From Phaeosaccion multiseriatum (taxonomy: Eukaryota; Protista; Ochrophyta, other classes), in assembly GCA_965112735.1 (NCBI GenBank), contig OZ218961.1, forward strand, positions 2,356,001 to 2,420,000: 64,000 bases of DNA. The letters run 5' to 3'. Shown in pieces: positions 12,382 to 23,701 of this stretch (positions within the stretch are counted from its first letter, which is position 1; the number at the start of each line of letters is the position of its first letter). The notes beneath the pieces were generated by a model, which saw nothing but the letters and a program-made list of their open reading frames with translations, was not told where the DNA came from and made no database searches. The position numbers and the translations under genes are program-made.

Positions 12382-14898
12382 GGGAAGGGAAAGTCGTCCC
12401 CGGGGTGAGTGTGGGCGCGGGAGGCGCCCCCGGGGTGGGTGGTGCTGGTCTCGGAGGAGGCTTTGTGTCGCCGCGAACAAAGGCCGGGGTCGTCGCCGCG
12501 GCGGCGGCGGCGGCGGCAGAGAAGGTCGAGGCTACGAGGATGGGAGAAGTGAAGGAGGAGGAGGGGGAGGAAGAGGGTGGAGAGGAGAGGAGGTGGTGCT
12601 CTGGTGGGGGTGGCGACGAGGGCTGTGGAGGTTTCCGACTGTTCAGCGAGATGGACCTGCTGCTGAAGGAGCCCGAAGGACGCAAGGCTCTATTGGCCTT
12701 TGTGGATGATGATGACACCGCCGCACTCCTCACAGATGGCGGTGACGGTGCTCTTGCCTTGTGGGGGGCGGAGGAGGTGCGCGCCAAGGTCGAGCTCTTG
12801 TGCGAGCTCAAGGCGTGGAGAGGCATCCCCACCTCACTTTCCACGGAGTTCAGCGAGGCCACGAGGAGACTCGTTCCCAAGTGCAAGCGGCTCATGCAGC
12901 AGGTACAACAGCAACAGGTGCAACAGATGTCTTCTTCCGTATCACCAACTGCCACTGCTACTGCTATTGCCATAGAGACGGACGCGGCGGTGGACGAGCC
13001 CCCTCCGATGGCCCTGCTGCACCGTGCCGAGTGGGAGTGCTTGCTGTGGCTGAGTCGGAGTGTGTCGCTTGCGAACTTTCGGCGGAGCGAGGTTGGTGTA
13101 GCCTTCTATACCCACCAACGATGGTGGATGGAGGAGAAGGCGACTCGAGAAAGAGTGCGCTCGCGAATAGTAACGGAGCAGCAACAGGCCTTCCGGAGAG
13201 AAGCAAAGACGATCAAACGACAGGCCCGGCAAGCCTGCGAGAAGCGGGAGGTGGATGCTTTTGCACAAGAGGCCATAGAACTCTTCCTGGACCGCCTTTA
13301 CGAGCCATTCTCCGCTGTATCACCAACTTCTCTAGGTCAAGGCGAGGAGGACAAGGCGGCCAGCAACACCACGCTGTCGTCTTTGTCTCATCGTACGATC
13401 CTCCCAAGCTCCGCCCCTACCACCGACCGCAGCAGCGGCAGCAGCAGTAGCAGACCTAGCAGCAGCAGAAGACGACGTGAAGCCCCTTCTCTACTGGACG
13501 AGCTCTTGCATGAGGCCGTGTGTGGAAGCTCCATGCCCTTCCTTGCGGAGTCGCGAGTACTGGTGCGAGTCATCAACATGCTCATTTCCGAGAGCATCGC
13601 CACTATTGTGTCCGACGATAGGCAGAGCGAAGAGAAGGTGCCGGAGCCGGCTGTGGAGCCCGTGGCGGTTTCCGCGGTGACCACACTCAGAGCCAACATC
13701 ATGGAGGAGGTGAGAGGGAACATGGTTGTGAGTGGTTCCTATTAATGGCTTGGTTGCTTCACTCACCCTACTGCTCTTGTCTCGTCCCTGCTCGCGATGC
13801 TTTCAAGCTTCTCTGAGCGTTTCCCCTCTGCCTCCTTCTCCCTGTCTGCTTGTCCCTCTGACCCAACCCCCCCAACTTTCACATCTAAAAATCAAATCTC
13901 TCCTCTCACTGCTGTGTCACTGCTGTTTTCACGGCTGTGTCACTGCTGTGCCACTGCTGTGCCATTGCTGTGTCGCCCACGCTCACCCATGCCCCCAAAA
14001 GCTTTTGGAGGAATGCATCGACTCTATGCTCCTGCAGCAGAAAGAGCACGCCATCACCGAGGGGGCATTCTACACCGCATACGGTCGTCTCCTCGAAGAG
14101 CTCGTCGACTCGTGCGTGGGGCGCTTCGTATACACGGGGGAGTGGGACGCGATTGCTTGTGACAGGGCCGGAGAGGTTTCCGAGAGAGTGCTGGAGGAGG
14201 CCTGTGAAGGGCTGTTGGAGGGCAGCGTGGACGTTCTCCTGGAGGGGGAGGAGGAGGGGGAGGAGATGCGACGTATTGCCGAGATGCTGCAGCTGGCCAA
14301 GGAATTGGCGGACTTGCAGGCCAATGCGACTGCTGATGCTGATGGTGGTGGTGATGGTGATGAGGCGGACGCGGACGGCGACCAATGGGGTGGAGCCGAT
14401 GGTACCGCGGTGGGTTTCAGTGGCGGCTACGACGAGGGCGATGGGTACAACGGTTACGACGGGGCTGAACGTTTAGACGGGGCTGAAACGACAGACTTTG
14501 ACGGGACCCTGGCTGCCACTCAGCAAGGCGACTGGCAGTGGCAAGAAGAGGGGCAGGAGGGGCAAGGGTACGATGACTATGGTCAGCTACACGAGCAGCA
14601 ATACGAGCAGCAGTTGGTGGTACAGCAACAGCCGCCCTTGGGCGAGGAGTACGCAGGCTACGGGACGCCCGACGGAGAGGAGGCGTGGGGGGCCGCCACT
14701 GTGATTCAGTGTGCCGCGCGGAGGAAGGCCTCGTACCGTGTGGCAAAGTGGACGGTCAGTCAGGTCTACTGCAAGCTGTACGACCCCTCCAGCGGCTACA
14801 TGTATTGGCTCAATCAGACGACGGAGGAGACCTCGTGGAGCCTTCCACCCTTCGCGGCCACCTTCTTCCCCGCTCTGCCCGCCGCTACTACTTCTTGA
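7264..14898 (+). CDS. Large multi-exon protein with IQ motifs, a C2H2-like segment, a possible RGS-like segment and a C-terminal IQ+WW module
   Basis: IQ-like ACLRIQTKWRGHFER and AATVIQCAARRKASYR; FYCPRYGCQATF; WW-like YCKLYDPSSGYMYWLNQTTEETSWSLP before the stop at 14898. Exons are separated by SSR introns. Joining all of them into one gene is an inference. Confidence 0.6.
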
Positions 14899-15932
14899 GT
14901 GAGGGTGGCTGAGAGAGAAACGAGTGAAGCGAGTGTGGGCATGACAAGTCCAGGCTTATAGGTACCTACGATCAGATGGTTATTTTATGGATCTTTGACC
15001 CTCTCTCCCTCTCTTGAAGGAGTCCCTGGTGGTACGGGGCATACTTGGCAGCAACGACGCCTCGCCCTCCTCGACACCTCATGTCGCTCCTGCCTCTCTG
15101 AGCGAGCCCATCAGCGCACAAGTAGTCACTCAGCGGTAGCTACCTGCGGAACCGCTTCGGCAGCTGGATGTGACCTCGTCCCCCACACTGAGCGCCTTCC
15201 CCTTCTTCGCTGCACGGGGGCGGCTGGGTTGCTCCGCCCCTTATGTTGTTGTGAAGGCCCCTTTGCTGTCCCTGGTACCTCTTGCGAGAAGGATAGTTCC
15301 CAGCCTTCAGCCTCAACTTTTCTGCCTCCTGCCCCTGCCCTCGTCCCGGCATGACATAGGCGTGCGGGCCGCCGCCGCCGCCGCCATGCGTGAGACTGAT
15401 GAGGTCGTGCGCGATGGCAGCAGAAGGGGTCCTGCCCGCCAAGAACGTCGCATTGTTCTCTAGCTCCATCTTCACCGTTAGTGGCAGGCTCCACTTCGGC
15501 AGACTCAGTGCTTGACCGACCGCGCATGTATGAGGCCCGCCCGATGTAGACCTCATGCGGCCCTATGGCGTCAACCGCGCTGGCGCACAGGTCACCCTTC
15601 TTCTTGGCCAGAGCCAAGCCCTTCTCGTGGGGCGCTAGCTACTCCTTTTTAGGTCGACGGCCTACCAATGCCCTGCTGCTTGAAGCCTTTGCTTGGCTGC
15701 AGCATTTTGCAGCTCCCTGCCTGGGTTGCTCTTCCCTCCAGCATCCCACCTACGCCCCCCCCCTCTTTGTGCTGCGCTCAATCTCATATTGTCTGCGGCC
15801 ATTCGCCCCTTCTTTGCTACTGCTGTTGTTGAAGTCAACTTGGCTTCAACAGGCAGCAAGGTAGGACACAAGCTCTTTTTTTTGGTACCTGTAGTACTGT
15901 ACCTGCTCCAGAGCCGTCAAGGAATTGTGAGG

Positions 15933-16060
15933 CTGACCTTGATCCTGGCCCTGGCCCTGACCCTGACCCTGACCCTGACCCTGACCCTGACCCTGACCCT
16001 GACTCTGACCCTGACCCTGACCCTGGTGACCCTGACCCTGACCCTAACCCTGACCATGAC
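15933..16060 (+). repeat. Telomere-like (CCCTGA)n tract, unit 1 (~20 copies, includes CCCTAA/CCCTGG variants)
   Basis: Read directly from the sequence. Confidence 0.95.
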
Positions 16061-16350
16061 GTTCAGCGTCAATGAAGCATCGCTATCTGCTATGACTCCT
16101 ATGCTTATCTCGTCCGACTCTACTCTATCACGGCGGGAGGGAAGGAGGAGTGGGCAGTGTGTGAGCCTCTCTTCAGCGCTGCGGAGGGAGGGGCGTGGTG
16201 CTGCTCGATCAAGCACTTCGCAGAGGGAAAGCTCCAAATCAGGTTAAATTACTACGAAGTAAGACATTAAGCCGCTATCGATGGCACCGTGTGCGAAACT
16301 AGGCGGTGCTTTACCCAGGAGGGGCCGCGCTGTCTGCCCTGCCTGGTCAC

Positions 16351-17421
16351 TCAGTCCTCGCAGTCGCAGGGGTGACCATTGGCGTGCACCCACTGCTTCA
16401 TCTCCTCGACGGCGGCAGGGGCCGTCTCCGGTCCACGACCGACATATCTGTTTTTCACGACTTGTGGGCATGCCCACATGTTCCAGGGACACATGACCTC
16501 CTCCGATCGGAGCCACTTCAGCATAGAGAGGCTCTTGGCGCAATAAACTGCAAAATGACACACAATTGCATCCCACCAGCACAGCTCCCGTGCGTTTGCA
16601 TGCAGCCACTGCAGCACTTCCAGATTGCCTCGCAGGGCCGCCAAGACAGCCCCGCGCCTCCACCCGCTGTTGATGTCATCTGCCGCCTCCATCTCAGCTC
16701 TGACCTTCGGATGATGCAAAAGCATGTCCAACGCTCGAATGTGCCCCGCCCTTACAGCCTCCATCCATATAACAGGCTGAGGAGGGCCCTCAAACTCGTC
16801 GGACAGCAGCCACGTAAGAATCTCCACATTGCCGCACTTGCCAGCTTCGCGACAAATCAACTTCTGATCCCAAGGGCACCGCTCCTTGTTGGGAAGGTCC
16901 TCCACTCGCAGCCATTGGAGGATGCTCAGTCCGTGCCTTTCATTCCTCACCGCAACCTTGCATACGACCCGACCCCAGGCACACCCCATGCTGTGAAGAG
17001 CCTTGCAAATACTCACATCTCCGTACTGTGCCGCAGCTTTAAAAGTCTTCTTACTCAGCTCATACCCGCACTTCCTGGCCCACCTCAAGCGCTCCACAGA
17101 CTCAACCACACTCCTGACCCGCGTTGTCTTGGCCGGATGGAGACGTCTGTAGTCGCCCTTCCACTCCTTGCTCACCGCCGATATAAACAAGTCCTGGCCC
17201 CCACCAGTCCACTCCATCACACTGATGAGAAGTACAGCCTGGGCCAGGGCCTGTTCACAAGCTTCGAAGGTTTGAGCATCGCTTCCCTCGCTTACAGCAA
17301 GGGCAGCGGGAACGGGAGAAGCTGCCACGGCGGCGCTGCAACCTTGCGCCTCCATCGAGGAGTCGATGGGTGGGGCTGGCTGGAGCCTTTTACCACCCTG
17401 CTTTCGGCTCGGTCCGTCCAT
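16351..17421 (-). CDS. F-box-like/ankyrin-like repeat protein, copy 1 (356 aa, intronless)
   Basis: Repeats of the type A..G.LEVLQWL...CPW (e.g. AALRGNLEVLQWLHANARELCWW, AGKCGNVEILTWLL). The N-terminal LISVMEWTGGGQDLFISAVSKEWK resembles the F-box-like start of algal and giant-virus ankyrin proteins. Confidence 0.85.
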   Translation of the reverse strand: MDGPSRKQGGKRLQPAPPIDSSMEAQGCSAAVAASPVPAALAVSEGSDAQTFEACEQALAQAVLLISVMEWTGGGQDLFISAVSKEWKGDYRRLHPAKTTRVRSVVESVERLRWARKCGYELSKKTFKAAAQYGDVSICKALHSMGCAWGRVVCKVAVRNERHGLSILQWLRVEDLPNKERCPWDQKLICREAGKCGNVEILTWLLSDEFEGPPQPVIWMEAVRAGHIRALDMLLHHPKVRAEMEAADDINSGWRRGAVLAALRGNLEVLQWLHANARELCWWDAIVCHFAVYCAKSLSMLKWLRSEEVMCPWNMWACPQVVKNRYVGRGPETAPAAVEEMKQWVHANGHPCDCED

Positions 17422-18472
17422 GTCTTCCGCGGCCCAACTCTGGATGACTGCTTTGACACGTATGATGTGCCGCGCGCGGCACGCACGGATCGGGGGGGAA
17501 GAAGCGCTTTTGCTTTCCTCAGCGAAGCCTGGTACGACGAGGGAAGGGAAGGGGGAGGGGGATTGACAGGAGGGAAACGATGCGCATTGTGAGCAAAAGG
17601 CGGCATCGGTACCTCGCCTGCTGTTGGGCCTTTGCCGAGACCCCCCCCGAAGAGCCGAAGAGTGCGGAGGGCAAGTTTACTCTCGATGGACTCGATCACC
17701 ATCTCCCAGCACGGCCTCGACTGCTCTTAGCCTCCTCCAGCCTGCACTCTTCAGCGCCACATCCTACCTGCTGCTTGGTCGAAGAGGGACGGAGGGATAA
17801 TTATGGAGGGGAACGAAAAAAAAATTAAGCGACATCTAGGCAAGTTGGTTGCTCGGAGTCGGCCCTGTGATCAGAGGGCGTCTGGTGTGGCCTTGGCTGC
17901 TTTTTTGGCTGCAGCCTTGCAGCTCTCTGCCTGGGTCACTGTTCCCTCCAGCATCCCACCTACGACACCCCATATTATTTCTGTAACCCCTGTTTTTTTT
18001 TGCACCCCTCACTTTGGACAATAGCACACTAGCACACTACACCTAATCGACAGCGACAGCCCGAGCCATCAAAAGAGCAAAGAAACGCAAGGCTTTTCAC
18101 GGGGGGAACCTGTGTGCAGCCCACACGGGTGCCATATTTTTTGACACCCGTGTGGGGGGGCTGACGGACCCTATTATTTTTTATGGCACCCGTGCAGGTG
18201 GACAAATATTTTTTATGGCCCCGTGCTGAAGGCTTGGTGCCATATTATTACCCGTGCGCACGGGTGTTGGCTAAGATCACCCGTGAATAGCCTTGGAAAG
18301 AAACTAACCCAGTACCCAAACGCAACGTTAAAGAGGGTTTGAAGGCCGTCAAAAGAAACGCACCAAATATTGGGTGGTGGCTTTGGTGCGGGAAGTCTGT
18401 CTACTGCGGCTGAACGAAGAAGGGAGGCCAACTGGGAGGAGGGGGAGGGGAGAGAGAGAAAAGGGGGAGGGG

Positions 18473-21400
18473 ATGGAACAGGACTTCAGAGGTATGACGC
18501 TGGACGAGGCCGTGCGGAGGTCCGCCGAGTACATGGCCATGGGGATGGAGAGGCTGATTTGGTCTGAGCAACTCGATCTGACGGAGGGGAAGTGTCTGTG
18601 TGTCCTCCAGAAGGACCTGGCCCCGGAGCTCGTCGGGTGGGCGAACGAGGGGATCCAGCCAGAACCGGGCAGACCTGATTGGCATGGACGAGAGTTAGGA
18701 TTTCCTGGACATGTTCTTCTCTTTGGGCACAGTGAGGGTGTCCCTGTCCATGGCCTTCGAGGACTGCCACCGTATGTACCCGCATGGACCGATTCAGATT
18801 CGTCTTCGCACGCATCGTAGAGGACATCCCGCAACACACGCCTATCCTATCCCCTTGTCATCATCCGGCTTCCACGACTCAGGTGAGGATGGCACGGGTG
18901 TGCGCATGTGGGAGATGGAGGGCTCTGGAGAGTGTGGTGAGCGATGGACTTTACGCTCCTCTGGTTGCCCCCGCTTCGATGCTTATGTGGGTGTGCGTAG
19001 GTGGACGCGACTTCCACTCCCATGCCCTCCTAAGCCAAGGTTCCTTTGTCTCCTCCCTGCTCTGATACTGCTCACTCCTGGCGGCAGCCGAGTGGTGAGG
19101 CCTGGCACACTCAGTTAGATGCGACGAAGCACTGTGTCGTGTGGGAGAGCGTGGTACCACGCAGGTCCCTCCGATATCAGACGGAGTGGTCGACGACGAG
19201 CTCACGAAGAGCAGGTCCAAACAGGTTCCGGTTGGAAAGTGTGACATGCGGAAGGCGGGAAACGAGGGCTGGGGGATGGGCATCGCCGCTGAGGCAGCTT
19301 AGCTCGTGTACTTCGCCGTTAGGTGCGTTCACTGGGGTGACGATGGATCTGTGGGGCTCGGAGGGAGGGCGCCGGGGGGGCGAGGGGGGGGATGGCAATG
19401 CTCTGCTGTCTCTGTGCGTCTGAACAACACTCTTCGGGTCCTCTCACTCCTCCGAACATCCCCTTCGCATCGAATCAGGCTGGACCGGCAAGGCGAGGAT
19501 ACAAAGACGCGTGTGCGTCCTCCAACACAGCACCCTGGAGAAGGCAATGGAGACCATGTCCTGACTGTCGGTTGGGGCTTCGCTAGTGAGGAGCTCATAA
19601 GCTTCGTTGCAAAGTACCTGGGCATCAGTATCTGCACCATCGCCAAGTCCAACGTCGCCTTCCACCCGTTTGTCTCGGAGTTGTCACTACGCACCCCAAA
19701 CGCCCGAGGGTGAGTAAAGCGCATCTGATTGCTATTGGACGTGGCCCACGATACGCGCTGTATTTACAGATGATGTCTTCTCCAATGGTACTGGCCCTCC
19801 CTTCCCTCCTCCCCCCCTTCCCTCCTTTTCCTTTCTTCCTTCCTTTCTTCCTTCCTTCCTTCCTTCCTTCCTTCCTTCCTTCCGTCCTTCCTTCCTTCCT
19901 TCCTTCCTTCCTTCCTTCCCTCCTTTCGTCTTTTCTCACCACCCCCCATCCCTACGTCCTTCCACCATTCCTTCCTTTCTTCCTTCCTTCCTCCCCTCCT
20001 TCCTTCCTTCCTTCCCTCCGTCCCTCCCTCCTTCCTTCCGTCCCTCACATCTTCCTTCCTTCCCTCTCCTCCCTCCCTCCGTCCGTCCGTCCCTCCCTCC
20101 TTCCTTCCGTCCCTCACATCTTCCTTCCTTCCATCTTTCCCTCCCTCCCTCCCTCCCTCCCTCCCTCCCTCCTTCCTTCCGTCCCTCCGTCCTTCCTTCC
20201 CTCCCTCCCTCCCTCCCTCCCTCCCTCCTTCCTTCCTTCCCTCCCTCCCTCCCTCCCTCCTTCCTTCCTTCCTTCCTTCCTTCCATCCATCCTTACTTCC
20301 TTCCTTCCCTCCCTCCCTCCTCCTTCCGTCCTTCCTTCCCTCCCTCCCTCCCTCCCTCCCTCCCTCCCTCTGTCCCTCCCTCCGTCTCTTCCTCTTTCCT
20401 TCCGTCCCTCACATCTTCCTTCCTTGCCCCCCTCCCTCCCTCTCTCCCTCCCTTCCTCCCTCCTTCCTTCCTTCCCTCCCTCCCTCCCTCCCTCCCTCCC
20501 TCCCTCCTTCCCTCCTTCCTTCCATCCTTCCTTCCTTCCCTCCCTCCCTCCCTCCTTCCATCCTTCCTTCCTTCCCTCCCTCCCTCCCTCCCTCCTTCCT
20601 CCTTCCGTCCCTCCCATCTTCCCTCCTTCCTTCCTTTCTTTTCTCCGTCCTTCCTTCCCTCCCTCCCTCCTTCCTTCCGTCCCTCCCATCGCCCTTCCTT
20701 CCGTCCTTCCTTCCCTCCCTCCGTCCTTCCTTCGGCCCTCCCATCCTCCTTCCCTCCCTCCTCCCTTCCTTCCTTCCTGCCTTCCTTCCCCCCCCCCCAC
20801 CCCCCACACACACACACCCTCCCTCTCGCCCTCTTTCGATCCGTCTCTGCACACGCCCCCCCCTTCCCCCTCTTCCTTCCCTCCCTCACTCCTTCTCTCC
20901 TTTCCTCTCTCTCCCCTCTATCCCGCCCGCCCCCCCTCCCTCTCCCTCGCCAGTTGTCCCTTCACTACAATACCATAATGTCCTGTCTCCCCACCACGAA
21001 CACAACGGGCAGGCTCGCCCTCCGAGTAGGCTCGAAGGAACACGTCATGCGCGATGCACGCGGGAAGCACTCCGTCCTCTGCTGGCTCTGCAGGCAGGGT
21101 GTCGAAGACGAGCGTGCAGTGTGACACGTGTGGCGCCTTTCTGTGCCACCAGCAGGGGTGGGCGCGGAGGAGGGGAAGCTCGTGGTGGAGGAGGGCGCTC
21201 GCAAAGGGGGGGGGGCGTACGAGGTACAGAAGGGAGCGCAGCAGGCAGGGATGGCACTGGACGCGAAGAGAGGCATGGCAGGGGGGCAGGGGGGCAGGGG
21301 GGGGGAGCGAGTCGCGGCGGAGGAGGGAGAACACCATCCAAGGGGGGCAGCAAAGGGAGGCGTGGTGGAAGAGGGAGCACAAGCACGTCAAGGGGGGGGA

Positions 21401-21767
21401 GGAGGGAGGCGGGGTGGGGGGGGGGGCAAGTGGAGGAGAGAGTGGTGCCGCTAGCAGAGGGAAGAGCGCTTCCGGTGGCGGAGGAGGGAGGGGAAGTGGA
21501 GGTGGGGGCACAGTAGGGGGTGATTCGAGGACGGCGCCGGCCCACGGCACTGGGAGAAGCAGAAGCCCCCCCCCCGCCTTCTCGCAGGGGTGCTCCTACG
21601 GTGACGCCTGCAAAGCCGTCGGACCCACTACCCTCGACGCCTGCAAAAAAGACAAATGCGTTAGAACTTCACACCACGTGTGCATTGTCGAGTACGCGGC
21701 TGCAGAGGGGGGTGACGAAGACGCATGCGACCGCCGCTGCAGGCCCTGTGTCGACGCCATGCTATAG
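18473..21767 (+). pseudogene. Degenerate, intron-containing piggyBac-like transposase with C-terminal Cys-rich domain
   Basis: MDRFRFVF (18784). VVDDELTKSRSKQVPVGKCDMRKAGNEG at 19186, followed by an in-frame TAG at 19300. LTVGWGF, two single-base changes from TVDRGF, followed by HPF. CWLC at 21080, then a frameshift into KTSVQCDTCGAFLC. Several frameshifts and stops. Confidence 0.6.
19794..20950 (+). repeat. ~1.15-kb polypyrimidine (CCCT/CCTT)n tract, probably an intron of the transposase remnant
   Basis: Read directly; GTGAGT donor-like site at 19710 and CAG acceptor-like site at 20951-20953. Confidence 0.85.
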
Positions 21768-21902
21768 TCGTAGAAAACAAGAGATGAATGCATTTTAATC
21801 CCCACCCACTGCAAGCAAAACGATTAGGGCAGGCCACGGACCCGCCCATGTGTCTGGCGCCAAGCCATGAGCGCCAGGGCCCACCAACAGCCCCCCTAAA
21901 CT

Positions 21903-21981
21903 CAACCCCTGATGCACTACCCGCTATCCGCTATCGGATAGCGCGCTATCGAGAATGTGGGCGATAGTGCGTCAGGGGTCG
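21903..21981. mobile_element. 79-bp MITE-like palindrome (17-bp imperfect TIRs, possible 3-bp TSD ACT)
   Basis: CAACCCCTGATGCACTA (21903-21919) pairs with TAGTGCGTCAGGGGTCG (21965-21981); ACT on both sides; inner hairpin CGCTATCCG/CGGATAGCG. Confidence 0.45.
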
Positions 21982-22076
21982 ACTACTGTTGACTTCAACA
22001 AGCAGCAAGGTAGGACACAATTCTTCTTCTTACTACCTATAGTACTGTACCTGAGCGTCAAGGAAGGAACGTGAGG

Positions 22077-22441
22077 CTGACCTTGACCCTGATCTTGACC
22101 CTGGTCCTGGTCCTGGCCCTGACCCTGACCCTGACCCTGACCCTGACCCTGACCCTGACCCTGACCCTGACCCTGACCCTGACCCTGACCCTGACCCTGA
22201 CCCTGACCCTGACCCTGACCCTGACCCTGACCCTGACCCTGACCCTGACCCTGACCCTGACCCTGACCCTGACCCAGACCCAGACCCTGACCCTGACCCT
22301 GACCCTGACCCTGACCCTGACCCTGACCCTGACCCTGACCCTGACCCTGACCCTGACCCTGACCCTGACCCTGACCCTGACCCTGACCCTGACCCTAACC
22401 CTGACCCTGACCCTGACCCTGACCCTGACCCTGACCCTGAC
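22077..22441 (+). repeat. Telomere-like (CCCTGA)n tract, unit 2 (~60 copies)
   Basis: Read directly from the sequence. Confidence 0.97.
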
Positions 22442-22633
22442 GGAGCCTCCTGAGCCTCTTCAGCGCTGCGGAGGGAGGGACGCGGTGCTGCTCGACCAAG
22501 CACTTTGCGGAGGGAAAGCGCCAAATCTGGTTATATTACTATGAAGTAAGACAATAAGCCGCTATCTATGGCACCGTGTGCGAAACTAGGCGGTGCTTTA
22601 CCCAGGAGGGGCCGCGCTGTCTGCCCTGGTCAC

Positions 22634-23701
22634 TCAGTCCTCGCAGTCGCAGGGGTGACCATTGGCGTGCACCCACTGCTTCATCTCCTCGAAGGCGGCA
22701 GGGGCCATATCCCATCCACGACCGCCATATCCGTTTTTCACGACTTGTGGGCATGCCCACATGTTCCAGGGACACATGACCTCCTCCGATCGGAGCCACT
22801 TCAGCACAGAGAGGCTCTTGGCGAAATAAACTGCACGAAAGCAGACCTCTGCATCCCACCAGCACAGCTCCCGTGCGTTTGCATGGAGACACTGCAGCAC
22901 TTCCACATTGCCTTCCTCGGCCGCGATGCGAGCCCCCCACCACCACCAGCTGCGATTAACTGCCGCCTCCATCTCAGCTCTGACCTTCGGATGATGCAAA
23001 AGCATGTCCAACGCTCGAATGTGCCCCGCCCGTACAGCCTCCACCCACATAGTCCATTCAGGAGGGCCCTCAAACTCGTCGGACAGCAGCCACGTAAGAA
23101 CCTCCACATTGCCGCACTTGCCAGCTTTGCCACAAATATAGCCCTGGTTCCACGGGCACCGCTCCTTGTTGGGCAGGTCCTCCACTCGCAGCCATTGGAG
23201 GATGCTCAATCCGTGCCTTTCATTCCTCACCGCAACCTTGCATACGAACAAATCCCAGGCACACCCCATGCTGTGAAGAGCCTTGCAAAAACGCACATCT
23301 CCGTACTGTGCCGCAGCTCTAAAAGTCTTCACACTCAGCTCATACCCGCACTTCCTGGCCCACCTCAAGCGCTCCACAGACTCAACCACACTCCTGATCC
23401 GCGTTGTCTTGGCGGGATGGAGACGTCTGTAGTGGCCCTTCCACTCCTTGCTCACCGCCGATATAAACAAGTCCTGGCCCCCACCAGTCCACTCCATCAC
23501 ACTGATGAGAAGTACAGCCTGGGCCAGGGCCTGTTCACAAGCTTCGAAGGTTTGAGCATCGCTTCCCTCGCCTCCAGCAAGGGCAGCGGGAACGGGAGAA
23601 GCTGCCACGGCGGCACTGCAACCTTGCACCTCCATCGAGGAGTCGATGGGTGGTGCTGGCTGGAGCCTTTTGCCACCCTGCTTTCGGCTCGGTCCGTCCA
23701 T
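22634..23701 (-). CDS. F-box-like/ankyrin-like repeat protein, copy 2 (355 aa from the shared ATG)
   Basis: Paralogue of copy 1; intact ORF MDGPSRK...GHPCDCED. Confidence 0.85.
   Translation of the reverse strand: MDGPSRKQGGKRLQPAPPIDSSMEVQGCSAAVAASPVPAALAGGEGSDAQTFEACEQALAQAVLLISVMEWTGGGQDLFISAVSKEWKGHYRRLHPAKTTRIRSVVESVERLRWARKCGYELSVKTFRAAAQYGDVRFCKALHSMGCAWDLFVCKVAVRNERHGLSILQWLRVEDLPNKERCPWNQGYICGKAGKCGNVEVLTWLLSDEFEGPPEWTMWVEAVRAGHIRALDMLLHHPKVRAEMEAAVNRSWWWWGARIAAEEGNVEVLQCLHANARELCWWDAEVCFRAVYFAKSLSVLKWLRSEEVMCPWNMWACPQVVKNGYGGRGWDMAPAAFEEMKQWVHANGHPCDCED

Larger units (their letters stand above)
17967..21981. mobile_element. ~4-kb insertion interrupting the array, containing a decayed piggyBac-like DDD transposase
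   Basis: Unit sequence stops after CATCCCACCTACGAC (~17966) and resumes at ~TTGACTTCAACAAGCAGCAAGG (~21990), with ~100 bp of spacer missing. Internal transposase-like motifs are present. True TIRs and a TTAA target duplication were not identified. Confidence 0.65.

Noticed and set aside
19710-20978. 422-aa Pro/Ser/Leu-rich ORF and the many similar CV-, HT-, EGGR-, LT- and GS-repeat ORFs across the window
   Set aside because: These are translations of stop-free microsatellites lying in introns or spacers.
18027-21969. CACTA/EnSpm element (CACTA near 18027-18040 and TAGTG at 21965-21969)
   Set aside because: The match is limited to 5 bp. The TAGTG is better explained by the local 79-bp palindrome, and the coding remnant is not CACTA-like.
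22077-22441. True chromosome end or telomere
   Set aside because: The tracts are short, internal and flanked by ordinary genes on both sides. It is unknown whether TCAGGG is this organism's telomere repeat.
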